From positions 37,200,001-37,264,000 of the forward strand of contig OZ024750.1 in assembly GCA_964016885.1 (NCBI GenBank): DNA of 64,000 bases, read 5' to 3'. Position numbers and translations under genes: made by a program. The stretch comes from Eledone cirrhosa. Its lineage: Eukaryota. Positions 60,391 through 64,000 of this stretch are shown one piece after another. Below the pieces are notes generated by a model. That model saw only the letters and a list, made by a program, of their open reading frames with translations, did no database searches and was not told the origin of the DNA. Within the stretch, counting starts at the first letter, position 1, and each line of letters opens with the position of its first letter.

Positions 60391-61084
60391 CCAACAGTTA
60401 GATAAACATTATCTAATATGCTCTTTCCTATATTTTCTGGGACAGGATATGATTTGAGCGATATTTGGCTGTTATTTTTAACAGATTGAGTAACTTCCTA
60501 GAGGCTCCCTTACTGACTTGTGCAGCATAAATTGATTGATCAGTTAAACTGAAATTAAATGAAACCTTACCCAATAATTATGTAAATTTAGACAGAAATT
60601 TATTTACTTGTCAAATATATTACTTTTATAATATTATTTTATCTCAAGAATACGTCACTAATTCTAAATTATATATAATTAAGTAGCGTGTAATATTGAT
60701 TAAGAAGAGAAATATAAACTGTATGTTTCTTTTTAGAAATATTTTTCTTATATTTATTGCGAAATCTTCGAAGTTCAATAAAATGAAGTAAAGAGAAGAA
60801 GAGTCTAGAGTAGAGGGAGAATTGGGAGATAGCGTATAATATTGACATAATAGGAGATACAACCTTTGGTGTAATGTAGAGGTATGGTGTAGTGTAGCAA
60901 GCAGCAATCAGTAGGCAATCAAGACAGCAGAAACAGATCTGTTATAGAGGTTAACTAGAACAAACAAACACACAAACACACACACATACATACACACACT
61001 AATAATAATAATAAATAATAATAATAATAATACTAATAATAACACTCAGTAGATTTTCCACTCCCCGACCTATCGCAATAATAA

Positions 61085-64000
61085 TAATAATGTTTTCTTT
61101 ATTAACCACAAGGGTTCACATAAAGTAGACATTAAGGACAATACAGGACGGTACAAATGGGCATTTCTGCGTGTAAAAAAACAGAGGTTGAAATAAAATA
61201 ACAAAGAAAAATTCCCCAATAGGGGGGAGACTTCCAAGGGACATTTGTGGAGAAAGCCCATTAAAAGACCACAGTGGCCCTGACCACCAGGGCAAGTGCC
61301 CTCTCCCAGTTTTCCACCTTTAATTTACAGACACATACTCAGAGAAGGCCCATTCATTCGGGCCATACTTGCTTCTCTCACCCATCTTTCAACAAAATGC
61401 TGGGAAGAGAGCACTTCCCTCTCTACCCTGATTTTCCTTTTCAAATGAAATTTGAAAAAGTTAATCAGGGCATCACCGAAGAGGTAAGTGCTCGTCTTCA
61501 GCCCTTTCAAACGTGTCCACCATACTATCTCTTTCGCCATGGCCACCAGACAGATAAAAACTGCCTGCCCTTCCAGGCTAAAGGAAGGGGGCGGGGCAAT
61601 CCTCACGATTGACTCAGCTGATAGCCGGATCCGTCCTACACGTGACAGCAGGTGTTCGACATAAACCCACAAGTCAGCAATGCTCGGACACTGGACGAGT
61701 GCGTGCAGGACGGTTTCGTCGCCCTGCGCGCATCTCGGACATGCCCGGCTGACGGCACCTCCATGCCTGTAGAGTTTATCCCGAACTGGCAAAGCTCCTC
61801 GGTAGCACTGCCAGGCCAGGGATTTCTGGAAGTTGTCCATAGGCCCCGGCCCGAAAGTCCTTCCGAAGAGATTGGCTAGTTGATTTTCGTCGACGCCTAG
61901 AGTTTCTCCAAGTACGTCGTCGCTCTTCCCCTCCACTAATCCCCTATAGAACGCCAAGGTGGAGTTTCCACCGATCACATTGCCCGATTGGTCGAGGGCT
62001 GTGAGCGCCTGAAGACATTCCAGTCTCCAAGCGCTCCCTCTCGGTCTTCGCTTGACCCAGGACTGCAGCTCCGTCAAGGAGACGAGCTGGGGAAAAACGT
62101 GTCTTGCAAACGGCGACCACACCTGATCACCGTCGAGGAAGAGGTGGAGATGTCGTAGCCTGAGCGCGTGTCTGCGCATCATCAGCCACGGCATGCCCAG
62201 CCCTCCACGTAGCGGGTGTTGACAGCAGATGGACCGCCTGACCATCGGAGTGCGTCCCTTCCACAAGAAGCGAAAGAGCAAACGCTCCAGCGCAGTCAGG
62301 CGGGGCTTAGGACAAGGTACGACGGTCAGGCGGTAGTAGATGACGGATGCGATGTACGCATTCGCCACCTCCGCTCGACCTTTCAGGGATAGCTTCCTCT
62401 CGGCCCATTTCTGGGTGAGAGAAGCCACCCTGCTCGTCACCTCGTCCCAGTTTTTGTCCGTCTGGAGGTCTGGACCGAACCAGACCCCTAGCAATTTAAC
62501 CGGTCCGTCCGTCCAGCGCCCGACGACGCTGTTGGACGGCATGGACCTGCCGCTCCAGGTGCCGAGCTGCAGGCCCACTGACTTTTCCTGGTTGATCATT
62601 GCTCCTGTTACCGCTTCGTATTCTCTTAGTGTAGTGCCGATCGCCTCGATGTGTTTGGCGTTCGACACCACTACGGTGACATCGTCGGCATATGCTGACA
62701 CGGATCTTCCGCATCCTAGTTCGCGCGGGACTCCCCTCAACGTCTCCAGTTTGTGCAGTAATGGCTCGAGAGTCAATACGTACAATAGGGACGAGAGGGG
62801 ACATCCTTGGCGGACCGAGCGCATGATGTTGAACGGTTCCGAAAGGTGACCGTTCACTCTCACTACAGAGCAGATGTCGCTGTGCATGGCAGCGATCCAG
62901 CCTCTGAAGACGGGCCCAAAGCCAGCCGCCCTCAGGACTGCCGTTAGGTAACGATGGTCGACCCTATCGAAGGCTTTCGACTGATCTAAATTGATCAAAG
63001 ACCCACCCGTGCCAGGTTCCCTAGCTACCCTCTCTACGATGTATCGCATGAGGTGGAGGTTGTCGTGGATGGATCTGTCGGGAATGGCGCATGTCTGTGC
63101 CTCTCCCACCAGACCACCAACGACAAGCGCCAACCTCTTTGCTAGCACCTTGGCCAAAATCTTGAACTCTGTGTTTAGCAGAGTTATGGGCCTAAAATTA
63201 TCTATGTTATCCCCCTTGTTCGGATCCTTTCTCAGCAGCGCCACCGCTCCTCGGCTCACAGAGCTGGGAATTCTCCCGTTCTGTTGCCAGTTGCAGTAGA
63301 CGTCCGCCAAGAGGCCTCCGAACAAGTTTGGCATTTGTACGTAAAGTTCATAGGGCAGACCATCCAAACCAGGCGATTTACCCCTTGTGCAACTAGTCAT
63401 TGCATCCCGTACTTCAGCGGTTGTTATCGGCTTTTCGCAACACTCCGCCTCAGTGGCCGAAAGCCGCGGCAGTCCGTCGAGGTAGACACTAAAGTCCATC
63501 CCTCGATCCGGCCCGCCACTGCCCCCGAACAGTTGAGCGAAGTGTCGCTGAAAAGCTTCACACATTTGCCCGGGATCGAGTAGCATGCGCCCGTCGTGGT
63601 CCACCAAAGACCGGATCGTGGCTTTGTTGCCACGACGCGCCTCCGCCACTCGGGCCCATTGAACGGCTTTCGTCCCCTCGTGTCTGAGAGCACGCACCCT
63701 AGCTCTGACAACGCAGCCTTCGTGCTTTGCATTGAAGAATTGGTCAAGGGCCAATTTCGCCGCAAGTACGTCGGTCGCGATGCCTTTGCTAAGCGCCTCA
63801 TCTAATTTTCTAACTAATTCTCCCTCTGCTCTATTTTTCTCTATTGCTAAAGTCTTACTAAACCTAATGGACTCTATTCTAATTGCTCTTTTCAGAGCAA
63901 ACCACCACTTGTTGTTGACGATGGCCCCCGTCAACGCCCGCTTAACTAGTTCGCTAATCCGGTCTCTGTAGGCCTTGCGCGCTGGTAAGGACGCGTTTAG
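61085..64000 (-). mobile_element. Tx1/L1-clade LINE, continuing beyond the window
   Basis: Uninterrupted ORF2 segment plus 3' UTR ending AATAAAGAAAAC at an (ATT)n tract. Confidence 0.92.
61325..63934 (-). CDS. Tx1-like ORF2 (RT plus C-terminal CCHC finger), 5' incomplete
   Basis: KSPGLDGLP, FRPITLLN, LDQSKAFDRV, RQGCPLS, YADD, LLGVWF, CPRC...ETVLHALVQC; 869 codons without a stop. Confidence 0.9.
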   Translation of the reverse strand: MTGAIVNNKWWFALKRAIRIESIRFSKTLAIEKNRAEGELVRKLDEALSKGIATDVLAAKLALDQFFNAKHEGCVVRARVRALRHEGTKAVQWARVAEARRGNKATIRSLVDHDGRMLLDPGQMCEAFQRHFAQLFGGSGGPDRGMDFSVYLDGLPRLSATEAECCEKPITTAEVRDAMTSCTRGKSPGLDGLPYELYVQMPNLFGGLLADVYCNWQQNGRIPSSVSRGAVALLRKDPNKGDNIDNFRPITLLNTEFKILAKVLAKRLALVVGGLVGEAQTCAIPDRSIHDNLHLMRYIVERVAREPGTGGSLINLDQSKAFDRVDHRYLTAVLRAAGFGPVFRGWIAAMHSDICSVVRVNGHLSEPFNIMRSVRQGCPLSSLLYVLTLEPLLHKLETLRGVPRELGCGRSVSAYADDVTVVVSNAKHIEAIGTTLREYEAVTGAMINQEKSVGLQLGTWSGRSMPSNSVVGRWTDGPVKLLGVWFGPDLQTDKNWDEVTSRVASLTQKWAERKLSLKGRAEVANAYIASVIYYRLTVVPCPKPRLTALERLLFRFLWKGRTPMVRRSICCQHPLRGGLGMPWLMMRRHALRLRHLHLFLDGDQVWSPFARHVFPQLVSLTELQSWVKRRPRGSAWRLECLQALTALDQSGNVIGGNSTLAFYRGLVEGKSDDVLGETLGVDENQLANLFGRTFGPGPMDNFQKSLAWQCYRGALPVRDKLYRHGGAVSRACPRCAQGDETVLHALVQCPSIADLWVYVEHLLSRVGRIRLSAESIVRIAPPPSFSLEGQAVFICLVAMAKEIVWWTRLKGLKTSTYLFGDALINFFKFHLKRKIRVEREVLSSQHFVERWVREASMARMNGPSLSMCL

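Overview
Non-genic, AT-rich eukaryotic DNA, most likely from an octopus or other cephalopod. That assignment is inferred from the SINE, CR1-group, RTE and Tx1 repeats and the long (TA)n/(TG)n tracts. No host protein-coding gene is supportable, and almost all ORF-track entries are microsatellite artefacts. The main observation is that most of the non-microsatellite islands between the (TA)n arrays carry a type I hammerhead ribozyme (HHR) motif. I read about 33 complete or near-complete motifs by eye, in about 11 unrelated sequence families (labelled A-M here), plus degenerate and truncated copies. Two families form tandem non-coding monomers (467 bp and 631 bp) that resemble non-LTR retrozymes. 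Others are fold-back palindromes, or inverted terminal repeats attached to Penelope-like RT/GIY-YIG fragments. The region reads as a (TA)n-targeted landing pad for Penelope-like elements and their non-autonomous ribozyme derivatives. An 11-12 kb composite block within it is tandemly duplicated, with different monomer copy numbers in the two copies. CR1-group LINEs (one near full length, ORF1 with Myb/SANT-like and CCCH motifs), an RTE fragment, two Tx1/L1 copies, SINEs and MITEs make up the rest. All structures were folded by eye; no search or folding software was run.
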